Shown here: in pieces, positions 49,591 through 59,798 of the stretch | Layout: the number at the start of each line of letters is the position of its first letter | How positions within the stretch are numbered: position 1 is the stretch's first letter | Source of the DNA: Caldisphaera sp. | GTDB lineage: Archaea > Thermoproteota > Thermoprotei_A > Sulfolobales > Acidilobaceae | Assembly (NCBI GenBank): GCA_049971805.1 | Contig: JBMFKU010000003.1 | Location: 21,288-85,287 of the forward strand | Direction of reading: 5' to 3' | DNA: 64,000 nt | The notes under the pieces: model-generated | The model's input: the letters and a program-made list of their open reading frames with translations, nothing else | The model's database searches: none | Told to the model about the DNA's origin: nothing | Made by a program: the position numbers and the translations under genes

Positions 49591-50715
49591 TTGCAATCTT
49601 CAATAGAAGTACTGATCGGATTTTTGATTTTTTGGGGATTACTGTATTTCATAGTTAAGTTAATTAAGCCTAAAAAAGTAAACATCTATCCATTTTTGCT
49701 TATTGCAAAGACAGGTATAAAGATGGATCCAATATCGGATAAGAAAAAAGCTTATGTTATCTCAATTTTGGGCTGGATTTCTTTGTTTATATCTATAGGT
49801 TTGATGGGATATTTTTATTATATAGTATTTGATTTGTTTATTTCAAGATATATAATACAAACATCTTCATCGGTCTCTGCTGGTTTTGTTCCTTTAATTC
49901 CTGGAGTAACTATTGGTTTAGATCAATTAACATATTTCTTATTGGCAATAGGAATTGCCGTAATAGTTCATGAATTATCTCATGCAATAGTAGCAAGAGC
50001 AGAAGGAATTCCAATAAAGGATGCTGGGTTTTTCTTACTAGCATTTATACCAGCTGCATTTGTTGAACCTGATGAAAATAAAATAAAGAGTTCATCACTT
50101 AGGTCCAGATTTAAGGTATATTCCGCTGGGGTAAGTGTTAATTTGATATTGGGTTTAATTTTTTTAGCAATATTTTTATTAATAACTCCAAAGCTTTTTA
50201 ATGGCATTAGCATAATAAATGTTGTTTCAAATTCTCCAGCAAGCCTTGCAGGAATAAAACCAGGCATGACTGTTTTATCAGTAAACAATACAAAGTTTTT
50301 ATCATTACAAAGCTTCATGACTTATCTTCAAGGAGTTGGTGCTGAAAGCGCTTCTACATCTGTTAAGCTGATATTTAATGTAAATTATAATGGTATTGTG
50401 CAAAATATATCTATTTATAAACCAATTGGAGTTGATCATTTGGGGATATCAGTTCAACAATCATTTAGGCTGTCTTGGCTTATATCACTAATTTCAGCCC
50501 TTTATTTAATAAATATAGGATTGGCATTGGTTAATGCTGCTCCTTTGGCAATACCATTACCTGGAGGTAATATACAAAGCGATGGCGGTTATATTTTCGT
50601 CGAAGCGTTAGGTAAAATAGGTAAAAAGGCTTCAATGGCAGGAATCACTTTTGAAGTATTTACCTTATTGATAATATTAAGCCTTTTAACTTTTTCTCCT
50701 ATAAGACTTCCATAA
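49591..50715 (+). CDS. Site-2 protease (M50) with PDZ domain
   Basis: HELSH, AFVEPD, PDZ-like SPA..AGIKPG and N..P...DGG. Confidence 0.9.
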   Translation: MQSSIEVLIGFLIFWGLLYFIVKLIKPKKVNIYPFLLIAKTGIKMDPISDKKKAYVISILGWISLFISIGLMGYFYYIVFDLFISRYIIQTSSSVSAGFVPLIPGVTIGLDQLTYFLLAIGIAVIVHELSHAIVARAEGIPIKDAGFFLLAFIPAAFVEPDENKIKSSSLRSRFKVYSAGVSVNLILGLIFLAIFLLITPKLFNGISIINVVSNSPASLAGIKPGMTVLSVNNTKFLSLQSFMTYLQGVGAESASTSVKLIFNVNYNGIVQNISIYKPIGVDHLGISVQQSFRLSWLISLISALYLINIGLALVNAAPLAIPLPGGNIQSDGGYIFVEALGKIGKKASMAGITFEVFTLLIILSLLTFSPIRLP

Positions 50716-50760
50716 ATTATTAATATCTAAGTATAATATAAATAAGAAGGGGGAATAAGC

Positions 50761-51480
50761 TTGGGCAATTCGGCAAAGTATGTAGAAGCAGTTTTGTTAA
50801 TTGTAATAGCTATCGTAGGGTTTTCCTTATATTATTATGAAGCAGGTCGTTATTTAGATCCAGTAATGCCAAACAATGTGGAATTAAAAGTCAGACCTAA
50901 TATACAGTTATTTTATAATGTAACTGAAAATGTAGCTGTAAATAATACTCTTGCTTCTGCATGGATGCAATATTTTATGAACGTAGTTCCGTATAATTCA
51001 AGCTACGATGTAATAGGTGTAGAAATTGTAAATTATGGGGGAAACAAGAGCCTACTTTCAAGTAGCCTTCAAGGGACAGGTAACTTTTTTATTAATGCAA
51101 CAATGAATCCGTTTATAGCAAATGTATCTCTCTTAGATCAATTGCCTAAATCAGTATTATATAATGATTCAAATGTTATACCTGTTGCAGTATTAAATCA
51201 AAGCTTTATCTCGACTATTAATAATATTACTTATCATGTTACATATTTGAGCTATTATGATCAAAGTTCAGGAATTTTGGTTTATCATTTTACTCAAATA
51301 AGCTATAAGGTTGGAAATACTATAGAAACACTAAATCAAACATATGTCTTACAATCTTATAGTTTAGTTGGAAGAAAAGGGCTATACCTTAATCAAGGGC
51401 TGTTATCATTTTCATTGATTTTGTTAGGCTTAGTTGTTGCATTAAGTCTTGTAGGAGTAGCAATTAGGGCTTTTATGTAA
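50761..51480 (+). CDS. Hypothetical surface protein with N- and C-terminal TM helices
   Basis: Hydrophobic termini and many N-x-S/T sequons. Confidence 0.6.
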   Translation: MGNSAKYVEAVLLIVIAIVGFSLYYYEAGRYLDPVMPNNVELKVRPNIQLFYNVTENVAVNNTLASAWMQYFMNVVPYNSSYDVIGVEIVNYGGNKSLLSSSLQGTGNFFINATMNPFIANVSLLDQLPKSVLYNDSNVIPVAVLNQSFISTINNITYHVTYLSYYDQSSGILVYHFTQISYKVGNTIETLNQTYVLQSYSLVGRKGLYLNQGLLSFSLILLGLVVALSLVGVAIRAFM

Positions 51481-51856
51481 TTTTAACTTCTTCAACCTCA
51501 TTTTCATTTAGTATCCACGCTCTAATACCATTTTTTGATATTATTAACCAAGGAATAGGCCACAATTTCATGCCAGCTATGTCTTTAATACTAGGAACTG
51601 GATTTCCTATTGGATGAGTATGATATAAAGCTACAACTTGTAAACTATAATTTTCTGCCACAATATGAGATACTAACATATCAAAAGGGTCTGCCAAAAA
51701 TTCTGTTCTGCTATCTAAAATATTTTTTACTGGAAATATGATTTTTGATTCTATTACATCATTATTTTTTTCCCCTATAATTGTTCCAACTTTTTCGTTT
51801 ATGCCTTTATTTAAATATAACAAAAATTTTTTCAAATTACCCAAGAAAATTTCCAT
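51473..51856 (-). CDS. JAMM/MPN+ metalloprotease
   Basis: E..G followed by YHTHP....PS..D. Confidence 0.88.
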   Translation of the reverse strand: MEIFLGNLKKFLLYLNKGINEKVGTIIGEKNNDVIESKIIFPVKNILDSRTEFLADPFDMLVSHIVAENYSLQVVALYHTHPIGNPVPSIKDIAGMKLWPIPWLIISKNGIRAWILNENEVEEVKIT

Positions 51857-51869
51857 ACTTACACCTTTA

Positions 51870-52394
51870 TTATATATTAATTATTTTAGCATTTAATGAT
51901 CTTGATTCTATTACAGCAATTGATGGTTTGTTAAATATGCCAGCAACTTCTCCTGGATTTAACAATAAGACACTATTGATATAATCCAGTCTAGCTTCAT
52001 GTACATGACCATATACAACTGCATTAAATTTCTTTGATTTAGAAAGAGCCTCTACTATATTCAGTGTAGTTTCTTTTGTCCCGAATCCATGTAGAAATAA
52101 AAATTTCATATTATCGATATCTAATATAATTGGCTGTTCATCTAATAATATATTAAAATTATTTGCTATCTTTTTTAAATAAATTTTATCACCATCATTA
52201 TTTCCAAATATACCTATTATATTTTTTGTTGGGGATTCTTTTATCAAGTTTTCGAGTGAAAAAGGAGAAACATAATCACCTAAATGAACTAATAGATCTA
52301 TTTTAAATTTGCCAAACTCAATCATCGCTTTATTTATATTGTTTAAATTGTCGTGAGAGTCACTTAAGATACCGATCTTCAATTTCCTTCCCAA
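51870..52394 (-). CDS. MJ0936/YfcE-family metallophosphoesterase
   Basis: SDSH, HLGD, GNND, HG, GHVH and NPGE motifs. Confidence 0.92.
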   Translation of the reverse strand: MGRKLKIGILSDSHDNLNNINKAMIEFGKFKIDLLVHLGDYVSPFSLENLIKESPTKNIIGIFGNNDGDKIYLKKIANNFNILLDEQPIILDIDNMKFLFLHGFGTKETTLNIVEALSKSKKFNAVVYGHVHEARLDYINSVLLLNPGEVAGIFNKPSIAVIESRSLNAKIINI

Positions 52395-52537
52395 TGCTAA
52401 AATTATTAATTAATCTTTATATTTTTTATTTATGTTTAATCAAAATATTTTTAAGTATATATGTGTTTTAATCATTTTTTTCATTATGCATTGATAAATA
52501 CAAAACCTCAGATAATAATAAAAGATTTGGTGGAATA

Positions 52538-54436
52538 ATGCATAAGCTGTTGCAAAAGGAAGGTAGCAAAGTTTTACTTTTAGGAAATGAAGCTATAGCA
52601 AGAGGTTTTATAGAATCAGGCGGTAGTTTTGCTTCAGCATATCCTGGAACACCTTCAACAGAGATAATTGAAACGTTATCAGAGATTTCCCATGCTTTAG
52701 GTTTTTATGTGGAATGGAGTGTAAATGAAAAAGTGGCCTTAGAATCAGCTTATGGCGCTTCAATATCAAATGTTAGAGCTTTAGCTGCTATGAAGCATGT
52801 AGGATTAAATGTTGCGGCAGATGCATTAGCTAGTATTAGCTATACTGGAATCAGGGCAGGTTTAGTTGTTGTTTCAGCAGAAGATCCAAGTATGTGGAGT
52901 TCTCAAAATGAACAAGATAATAGATTTTATGGAAAGCTTGCTTATGTTCCAGTTTTTGAGCCAAGTGATCCTCAAGAGGCGAAGGATTTAACAAAAGAGG
53001 CATTTAATTTTAGTGAAAAATTGTCTCATCCTGTTTTAATGACCCCGAATACAAGGGTAACACATACAAGAGCTCCTGTTCAATTTGGCGAACTAAAACC
53101 AGTTAAATTAAAGGGATCATTTATGAATGATCCAAAAAGATATTGTTTAGTTCCTGAAAATTCAAAAAAATTAAGAGAAAAATTGGTTGAAAAATGGAAA
53201 ATAATAGAGGATTCTCTTAATGATTTTAATCCATTTAACAGAATAGAAAATTTTGATCGTAGTAAGGTAGCCATTATAGCTTCTGGAATTTCTTATCAAT
53301 ATGTAAAAGAGGTAGTTAATGAAATTGGTTCCTATAGGATAATTAAAATTTCAACTCCAGTTCCATTACCAAGAAAATTCATTTTAAACAGCTTACAGGA
53401 TATAAATAAAGTTTTGGTTGTAGAAGAATTAGAACCTGTAGTTGAAGATCAAGTAAAAAAATATGTATATGAAGAAGGTTTAGATGTTAAAGTAGAAGGT
53501 AAAAATTACACAGGTTACATAGGAGAAATGACTTTAGATAGAGCAAGAAACTCCATTAGAGAATTTTTAGGTTTACCAGTTATTCATAAAGAGATAAAAT
53601 CTATTCAAATAGAACTACCGCAAAGATCCCCAGCATTTTGTCCCGGTTGTCCTCATAGAGGAACATTTTATTCGCTTAAAAGAGCAGTAAATTCTCTTTT
53701 AATTAAGCCTGTTTATAGTGGCGATATAGGTTGCTATAGTTTAGGAATTAATCCACCTTATAATGAACAAGATATAATATTGGAAATGGGCGGTAGTTTA
53801 GGTGTAGCTAATGGATTAGCGCATGCAGTAGAAAATCAAGTTCCGATAGCCATAGTTGGGGACTCAACATTTTATCATGCAGGATTACCTGCATTAGTTA
53901 ATGCAGTATATAATAGTGCTCCATTACTGGTATTGGTATTAGATAATAGAACAACAGCTATGACAGGTGAACAGCCAAATCCTAGCTCTGGAATAACAGC
54001 AACTGGAGAAGAAACTAAGGTCATTGATATAGCAAATATATCTAAAGGAATAGGAGTTGAAAAAATAGTGGAATTTGATCCATTTAATTTAAAAGAGTCA
54101 ACGGAAGTATTAAAGGATGCCCTCAAATATGTTATAAAAGAAAGAAAGCCTGCAGTTGCTATAGCAAAAAAAGCCTGTGCATTAAATGCTGTTAGAGAGG
54201 CAAACAAAAGAGGAATAGAAATTCCATTATACCAAGTTTTAGAAGATAAATGTACTGGTTGCGGAATTTGTTATAATGCTTTTGCTTGTCCTGCAATATT
54301 TGTTAAAGAAGATAAGAAGGCTTGGATAGATCCAAGTCTATGTACTGGCTGTGGTGTTTGTGCGGAGACATGCCCCTATGATGCTATTAAGCCAATTAAA
54401 GAAGTTAAAGAAGGATGGGATAAAGTATGGTATTAA
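52538..54436 (+). CDS. iorA: Indolepyruvate:ferredoxin oxidoreductase alpha subunit
   Basis: LGNEAIARG, YPGTPSTE, MKHVGLN, CPGCPH, GDIGCY, GDSTF and a C-terminal 2x4Fe-4S domain. Confidence 0.96.
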   Translation: MHKLLQKEGSKVLLLGNEAIARGFIESGGSFASAYPGTPSTEIIETLSEISHALGFYVEWSVNEKVALESAYGASISNVRALAAMKHVGLNVAADALASISYTGIRAGLVVVSAEDPSMWSSQNEQDNRFYGKLAYVPVFEPSDPQEAKDLTKEAFNFSEKLSHPVLMTPNTRVTHTRAPVQFGELKPVKLKGSFMNDPKRYCLVPENSKKLREKLVEKWKIIEDSLNDFNPFNRIENFDRSKVAIIASGISYQYVKEVVNEIGSYRIIKISTPVPLPRKFILNSLQDINKVLVVEELEPVVEDQVKKYVYEEGLDVKVEGKNYTGYIGEMTLDRARNSIREFLGLPVIHKEIKSIQIELPQRSPAFCPGCPHRGTFYSLKRAVNSLLIKPVYSGDIGCYSLGINPPYNEQDIILEMGGSLGVANGLAHAVENQVPIAIVGDSTFYHAGLPALVNAVYNSAPLLVLVLDNRTTAMTGEQPNPSSGITATGEETKVIDIANISKGIGVEKIVEFDPFNLKESTEVLKDALKYVIKERKPAVAIAKKACALNAVREANKRGIEIPLYQVLEDKCTGCGICYNAFACPAIFVKEDKKAWIDPSLCTGCGVCAETCPYDAIKPIKEVKEGWDKVWY

Positions 54437-55020
54437 ATAACTATTTAAATATATTGATCAGTGGGATTGGAGGGCAGGGAATAATAACATTGTCAAGAGT
54501 GATAGCTGAAGCAGCAGTAAGTGATAACATTAATGCAATAGTTTCTGAAACCCATGGTTTGAGTCAAAGAGGAGGATCTGTAGAGGTTCATTTGAGAATT
54601 GGTGATGTGTATGCCCCATTAATACCCAAAGGTGAGGCAGATATATTATTGTCTATGGAGATAATAGAGGCTGCTAGAAATATTAGTTATCTTAGAGATC
54701 ATGGTGTGGCAATAACATCAGATACCATATTAAGACCTGCTATACCTGGGGTTAAGATTCCAAAAAAAGAAGATATAATAAATGAATTTAGTAGAAATAA
54801 AATCAGTTTATATATAATACCAGCAAGAGAATTATCAGAAAAAGCAGGAAGTTATTTAACAGAAAACATGGTTTTACTTGGTGCTCTGTATAAAATAGGC
54901 AAATTATACAGATTTATATCTGAAGATTCGATAAGAAAAACAATTTCATCACTTAGAAATCCAGAATTAAATTTAAAGGCATATAAGCTAGGTGCTGATT
55001 TCTGTTTTAATAATTGCTAA
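54427..55020 (+). CDS. iorB: Indolepyruvate:ferredoxin oxidoreductase beta subunit
   Basis: GIGGQG and ETHGLSQRGGSV motifs. Confidence 0.95.
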   Translation: MVLNNYLNILISGIGGQGIITLSRVIAEAAVSDNINAIVSETHGLSQRGGSVEVHLRIGDVYAPLIPKGEADILLSMEIIEAARNISYLRDHGVAITSDTILRPAIPGVKIPKKEDIINEFSRNKISLYIIPARELSEKAGSYLTENMVLLGALYKIGKLYRFISEDSIRKTISSLRNPELNLKAYKLGADFCFNNC

Positions 55021-55263
55021 GCTCGGTTCTACTTTTAATTCATATCCATAAAAGTTCGAAAATCCTGCTATTTCTTGTAGATCATTTAATAATATCCTTC
55101 TCATAGAATTTAAAACAATCCTTTCTAATCTGTCTTCTTCGCTATTTCCCAATTTAGACAGCTTTGCTTCGATTTCACCCAATTTATCAAATATGCTGTT
55201 AAGATTTTCTGCCAATATTTTATCGATATGCGAATCAAGTTCGTTATACAATACCAACACCAA
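54988..55263 (-). CDS. Small hypothetical helical protein
   Basis: 91 aa ORF downstream of the ITPase gene; overlaps the iorB 3' end. Confidence 0.45.
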   Translation of the reverse strand: MVLVLYNELDSHIDKILAENLNSIFDKLGEIEAKLSKLGNSEEDRLERIVLNSMRRILLNDLQEIAGFSNFYGYELKVEPSLAIIKTEIST

Positions 55264-55311
55264 TTTATAACTTGTATAATTAAAATAAAATATAGTAAGA
55301 GAAAGTATTAC

Positions 55312-55908
55312 TCAAGTATTATTTTTATATTTTATAAACCAATTCAAAAAATCTTTAACAGCTTTTGCCCTATGTGAATATTTATTTTTATTAATTACAT
55401 CCATTTCTGCAAATGTTAATTTTACACCTTGTGGAATAAATAATGGATCAAAGCCAAATCCATTATTGCCTCTTTGATGTAATGAAATCGTTCCTTTAAC
55501 GAGTCCGCAAAATACTTTTTTTGTTTTGCTGTCAACATATGCTAAGCTTGTTTTAAAGTATGCCTCCCTATTTTCAATTCCTTCCATTAGTTTTAATATT
55601 CCATCGTTTCCAATAGTTTTATATACAAAGCTTGAGTAAGGTCCTGGAAAACCGTTAAGGGAATAAATAAAAAGTCCCGAATCATCTACTATCACTGGTC
55701 TTTTTATTTTATTATAAGCATTTAATGCTGCAAATAATGAAATTTTTCTTATATCATCGTCTTGTATTTCTATTTTTTCTACATCACATGTAACCAAATT
55801 TATGTAGTTTTCATAATCCTTTAGTAATTCATTAATTTCATTAATTTTTCCTTTATTTCTAGTTACTATGCAAACTTCATTTCCAAACAGATTTTTTTCT
55901 AATTTCAA
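55312..55908 (-). CDS. rdgB: XTP/dITP diphosphatase (Ham1/RdgB)
   Basis: T.NKGK..E, DDSGL, GFPGPYS, GFGFDPLF and SHR motifs. Confidence 0.93.
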   Translation of the reverse strand: MKLEKNLFGNEVCIVTRNKGKINEINELLKDYENYINLVTCDVEKIEIQDDDIRKISLFAALNAYNKIKRPVIVDDSGLFIYSLNGFPGPYSSFVYKTIGNDGILKLMEGIENREAYFKTSLAYVDSKTKKVFCGLVKGTISLHQRGNNGFGFDPLFIPQGVKLTFAEMDVINKNKYSHRAKAVKDFLNWFIKYKNNT

Positions 55909-56569
55909 CGTATCTACCCCTCAATTCGATATCATTGGCTCTTTCAATTATAGAATTTGCCATTGGTAGGCCTATAATTTCTTTATACCCATCAATAAAT
56001 GATTTAAATACTTCCTTTGATATAGGGGCATGAGTACTTTCAACTGCACGTTTAAACAGATGTATATCAACTGCTTTATCCTCTATTTGACTTGAGAATT
56101 CAGCTAAACCAAAGTCTATCAGATAAATTTTGTTTTCTTTTATGATTACATTAGATGTTGTTGAATCTCCATGAGTAATGTTTGATAAATGAAGTAAACC
56201 CAACTCCTTGCCAGTTTCATATGCGTAGTTTATTGAGTTAATACTATTTATTAATAATTCGTTTTTTAGAGTTATCCCTTCTATGTATTGCATAATAATT
56301 GTCCCGATTGATGGGAAAACGCTATATATTATAGGTACATTAACCTTATTTCTGTATGCTTCAACTAATATCTTAGCTTCTTTTCTAGTTCTTAATTGTC
56401 TTAATTCAAAGTCTAAATTATTATCCATGTATTCTTTCTTTACGCGTATTTTATATATAGCTATTCTATCTAAGAATTCACCTAACCTTATTTCTGATTC
56501 AGCCCCCCTCTTTATTAACTTAAAACTTTGCATTTTTTCAATTAAATTCTCTGCATTAAATAATACCAT
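55877..56569 (-). CDS. bud32: KEOPS kinase Bud32
   Basis: GAES, RTRKEA, HGD.TTSN, IDFGL, EDKAVD and RGRY motifs. Confidence 0.93.
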   Translation of the reverse strand: MVLFNAENLIEKMQSFKLIKRGAESEIRLGEFLDRIAIYKIRVKKEYMDNNLDFELRQLRTRKEAKILVEAYRNKVNVPIIYSVFPSIGTIIMQYIEGITLKNELLINSINSINYAYETGKELGLLHLSNITHGDSTTSNVIIKENKIYLIDFGLAEFSSQIEDKAVDIHLFKRAVESTHAPISKEVFKSFIDGYKEIIGLPMANSIIERANDIELRGRYVEIRKKSVWK

Positions 56570-57552
56570 GGTACATCAACATCATCTAATCTCCATCTTT
56601 GTAATATATATGCTTTTTCAGGTTCTACCATTATATTATGTTTAAGCTCAAGTAAAGCTGTTAATGCAATCATAACTCCATTATCTCCCGAATATTTAGC
56701 AGGCACTGCTTTATATGTTGCGTTATGTCTAGATGCCATTTTTTCAAGTTTTTCGTTCAATAATTTATTTGCAGCTACTCCTCCAGTTAATAAAACCTCT
56801 TTCTTTTCTGTATGTGCCAAGCACCTTTCTGTAACCTCAACAACAGAAGAAAATGCAACTTCTCTTAAAGTATAACAAATATCGTTAATTTTATAATCTT
56901 TTTTATGATAGTTAAGAGCTGCAGTTATTAAACCTGAAAATGAAACATCCTGGCCTTTTACTATATATGGAAAGCCTTTAATAAAGCTTCCATCTTTAGC
57001 ACAGATATCAACTACATGATTTCCATCTTTTACATATGGAGGTCCTAATTTAACCTCTCTTGCAAATGTATCCAATAAGTTTCCTAAAGCAATATCTAAT
57101 GTTTCACCAAATATTCTATATTTGCCATCTAGGTATGTTGTAATTATTGTATTACCTCCAGAAACATATAGAACAACTGGATCATAAAGTTTAGTCAGGT
57201 ATCTTCCTATCTCTATATGAGCTATAGCATGATTTACTGGAATTAATGGCTTATTATATTTTGCTGCTATTGCTCTAGCAACAGATGCTCCTATTCTTAA
57301 TTGTGGTCCCATTCCAGGACCTAGGGCAATTCCAATACCATCTATTTCATTAATACCTAACTTTGATGTATTTAGGGTCTCTTTTATAGTCCTTCCTGCT
57401 ACTTCTGAAAAAAAAGATGCAACTTCTCTTGGTAATATGCCTCCAGTTTTAGGAATGTATTCTTGTTTAGCCTCAGCAATTATGCCATTATTATCACTAA
57501 ATATGCCAACTCCAAATGTATGGGCAGTAGATTCTATACCCATAATTATCAA
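56542..57552 (-). CDS. kae1: KEOPS t6A threonylcarbamoyltransferase Kae1
   Basis: GIESTAHT, GPGMGP, NHAIAHIE, YVSGGNT, GETLDIA and DNGVMIA motifs. Confidence 0.96.
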   Translation of the reverse strand: MIIMGIESTAHTFGVGIFSDNNGIIAEAKQEYIPKTGGILPREVASFFSEVAGRTIKETLNTSKLGINEIDGIGIALGPGMGPQLRIGASVARAIAAKYNKPLIPVNHAIAHIEIGRYLTKLYDPVVLYVSGGNTIITTYLDGKYRIFGETLDIALGNLLDTFAREVKLGPPYVKDGNHVVDICAKDGSFIKGFPYIVKGQDVSFSGLITAALNYHKKDYKINDICYTLREVAFSSVVEVTERCLAHTEKKEVLLTGGVAANKLLNEKLEKMASRHNATYKAVPAKYSGDNGVMIALTALLELKHNIMVEPEKAYILQRWRLDDVDVPWYYLMQRI

Positions 57553-57559
57553 ATCGTAT

Positions 57560-57754
57560 TCACTTTTTTACGACAAATTCTGTATATCCACAATATCCAC
57601 ATTGGTATCTCTCAACAGGTTTCATATGATGTGCCATTATATTGCCACATCTTGGACATTTTCTATTTTTTAACGTAACAGTTTTATTTTTTAAGTCAAC
57701 TTCATATAGTGTATGTATATATGCTTTTACTTTTTCTTTTGTCATATAGCTCAC
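57560..57754 (-). CDS. rps27ae: 30S ribosomal protein S27ae
   Basis: KCPRCG..MAHH...[10 protein letters not shown]. Confidence 0.94.
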   Translation of the reverse strand: MSYMTKEKVKAYIHTLYEVDLKNKTVTLKNRKCPRCGNIMAHHMKPVERYQCGYCGYTEFVVKK

Positions 57755-58110
57755 CTATTGCCCTCCTTATTTTCTTGAGATTCTTCTAAAGTAAATCCAC
57801 CGTTCCTGTCTACTATATACTGTGTTTCATATTTTTTTGCATGCTCTGGGAGATAATAAATATGGATATGAACGTTGGACATACCTTGGCCGTAATTTGT
57901 TCTTATTGATTTAACAAATACGGTAGAAAGATCTTTGTTATATGCATTTGCAACTTTCCTTCTTATACTAATTCTAGAAGGGGTTGACTTTAATTCGTGA
58001 TGTATTATTCCATTTATTTCTTTTCTCTCAAAGATTTTATTCTCTTTTTCTTCAATTATTTCTATCCACACATCTTTATCTATATCAATTCTTTTTGTTG
58101 GCATGCTCAT
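57751..58110 (-). CDS. rps24e: 30S ribosomal protein S24e
   Basis: EN..FERKE, TPSR and T.YG motifs; adjacent to S27ae. Confidence 0.92.
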   Translation of the reverse strand: MSMPTKRIDIDKDVWIEIIEEKENKIFERKEINGIIHHELKSTPSRISIRRKVANAYNKDLSTVFVKSIRTNYGQGMSNVHIHIYYLPEHAKKYETQYIVDRNGGFTLEESQENKEGNR

Positions 58111-58238
58111 TCACCGAAGTTTTTGCTTAATAGCCACAATTAATCTTAATTTTTAAGCTTATAAGTTTTGTTTTCTTTTGATTTATTATTGTGAAATTAG
58201 AAAAACGTATTATTTAATGATAACTAAATAAATAAAAG

Positions 58239-59798
58239 GTGATAAAGACGAGCATATGCCCAGGATTTTTAAAAAATCCAGAAGTCATGAGCATTGAAGA
58301 TATTAGAGCATACGAATCTAATACTATATGGAATGGTATTCCATTGTTGTTATTAATGGAAAATGCTGGAAGATCTATAGCTGATGCTATAGAATGTAAA
58401 CTAGGAAATTTAGAATCGAGAAAAGTTGTTATATTTGCTGGTAAAGGGGGTAATGGAGGAGACGCCTTAGTTGCTGGTAGGCATTTAGCAGCTAGAGGAG
58501 CTAATGTAACAGCTTATTTGTTATACGATATTAGATTTGTTGATCATAAAGATGCTCTATTAAATCTTAAGGCTTTACAAAATTCTAAACATCTAAAAAT
58601 AGTCCATCTAGAAGATCCAAGAGAATATGAGCCTGTAGAGGCAGATGTGCTTATAGATGGTATACTAGGAATTGGAGTGAAAGGAAAATTAAGAGAACCG
58701 ATAGCAAGTGCATTAAGGGCTTTCAATTCATCTAAGGGATACAGGGTTGCTGTAGATGTACCAACAGGTGTTGATCCTGAAACTGGAAATGTTGCAGAAG
58801 GTTCCGCAATAGTTGATTTAACCGTTACAATGCATGCATTAAAACCAGGACTATTAAGTGAAAAAGTCAAACATTATGTTGGTGAATTATTAGTTGCAGA
58901 AATAGGTATGATAAAAGATTCTCAAATATTTGCAGGTCCTGGCGATGTAGTCATTAGAATACCTAAAAGACCAAAGGACGCAATAAAAGGAGGTAATGGA
59001 AAGGTATTGACGATAGGAGGTTCATATCATTATTTTGGAGCACCATTTTATGCAGCATCATCGGCATTGATAGCTGGGGCAGATTTATCATTTTTAGCTT
59101 CTCCAGAAAAGGTAGCTTATTCTGCGTCTCAAAACAATCCAGGAATTATTCCTGTTCCTTTAGAAGGGGATTACTTGAACAAAAACCATGTTAGCATGTT
59201 ATTAGAGGAAGCAAAAAGAGTTGATGTTGTTTCAATTGGACCTGGATTAGGCAATAGAGAAGAAACAAAGGAGGCAGTGATAGAGATAATAAATTCCTTA
59301 AGAAATAAACCCATTGTTATCGATGCTGATGCGCTAAAAGCATTGGCAGAAAAAGAATTAAAGCTATGGAAAGATGTTGTTTTAACATTGCATAAAGGAG
59401 ATGCCGCATTATTAGCAAAAAATGAAGGAAGCCAAGAAGAATTAGCAAAAATAATCTCTAGCAATTATTCGTCTACAGTAATAGTTAAGGCTCCGATAGA
59501 TGTAATCTGCTCTCCAGAAGGCATGTGTAGGTATAATAAAACCGGTCATCCTGCTATGACAGTTGCTGGAACGTGTGTTGTGTTAACAGGTATTATAGCA
59601 GGTTTTATGGCAAGAAAAATTTCTATAGAGAAAAAAATGAATCCGATTCACATAGTTTCAGCTGCAGCATATATTTTAGGAAGATCAGGCGAATTAGCTG
59701 TAAAAGAAAAAGGTGATAATATAACTGCATTAGATGTGATGCAAAAAATACCCCAAGCTATGCTGGAATCAGAGGGATATATAGGTGGAGGAGGCTAA
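58239..59798 (+). CDS. nnr: Bifunctional NAD(P)HX epimerase/dehydratase (YjeF/Nnr); dehydratase motifs degenerate
   Basis: LMENAG, GKGGNGGD, DGILGIG and VDVPTG in the epimerase domain; IGPGLG and IDADAL in the dehydratase domain. Confidence 0.9.
   Translation: MIKTSICPGFLKNPEVMSIEDIRAYESNTIWNGIPLLLLMENAGRSIADAIECKLGNLESRKVVIFAGKGGNGGDALVAGRHLAARGANVTAYLLYDIRFVDHKDALLNLKALQNSKHLKIVHLEDPREYEPVEADVLIDGILGIGVKGKLREPIASALRAFNSSKGYRVAVDVPTGVDPETGNVAEGSAIVDLTVTMHALKPGLLSEKVKHYVGELLVAEIGMIKDSQIFAGPGDVVIRIPKRPKDAIKGGNGKVLTIGGSYHYFGAPFYAASSALIAGADLSFLASPEKVAYSASQNNPGIIPVPLEGDYLNKNHVSMLLEEAKRVDVVSIGPGLGNREETKEAVIEIINSLRNKPIVIDADALKALAEKELKLWKDVVLTLHKGDAALLAKNEGSQEELAKIISSNYSSTVIVKAPIDVICSPEGMCRYNKTGHPAMTVAGTCVVLTGIIAGFMARKISIEKKMNPIHIVSAAAYILGRSGELAVKEKGDNITALDVMQKIPQAMLESEGYIGGGG

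Noticed and set aside
51473-52394. JAMM protease plus phosphoesterase as a defence (CBASS-like) module
   Set aside because: No cyclase, E1/E2 or effector gene nearby; both families are ordinary archaeal housekeeping genes
57545-57565. ACG downstream of GTGA in front of kae1
   Set aside because: It is out of frame with kae1, which has an in-frame TTG at 57552
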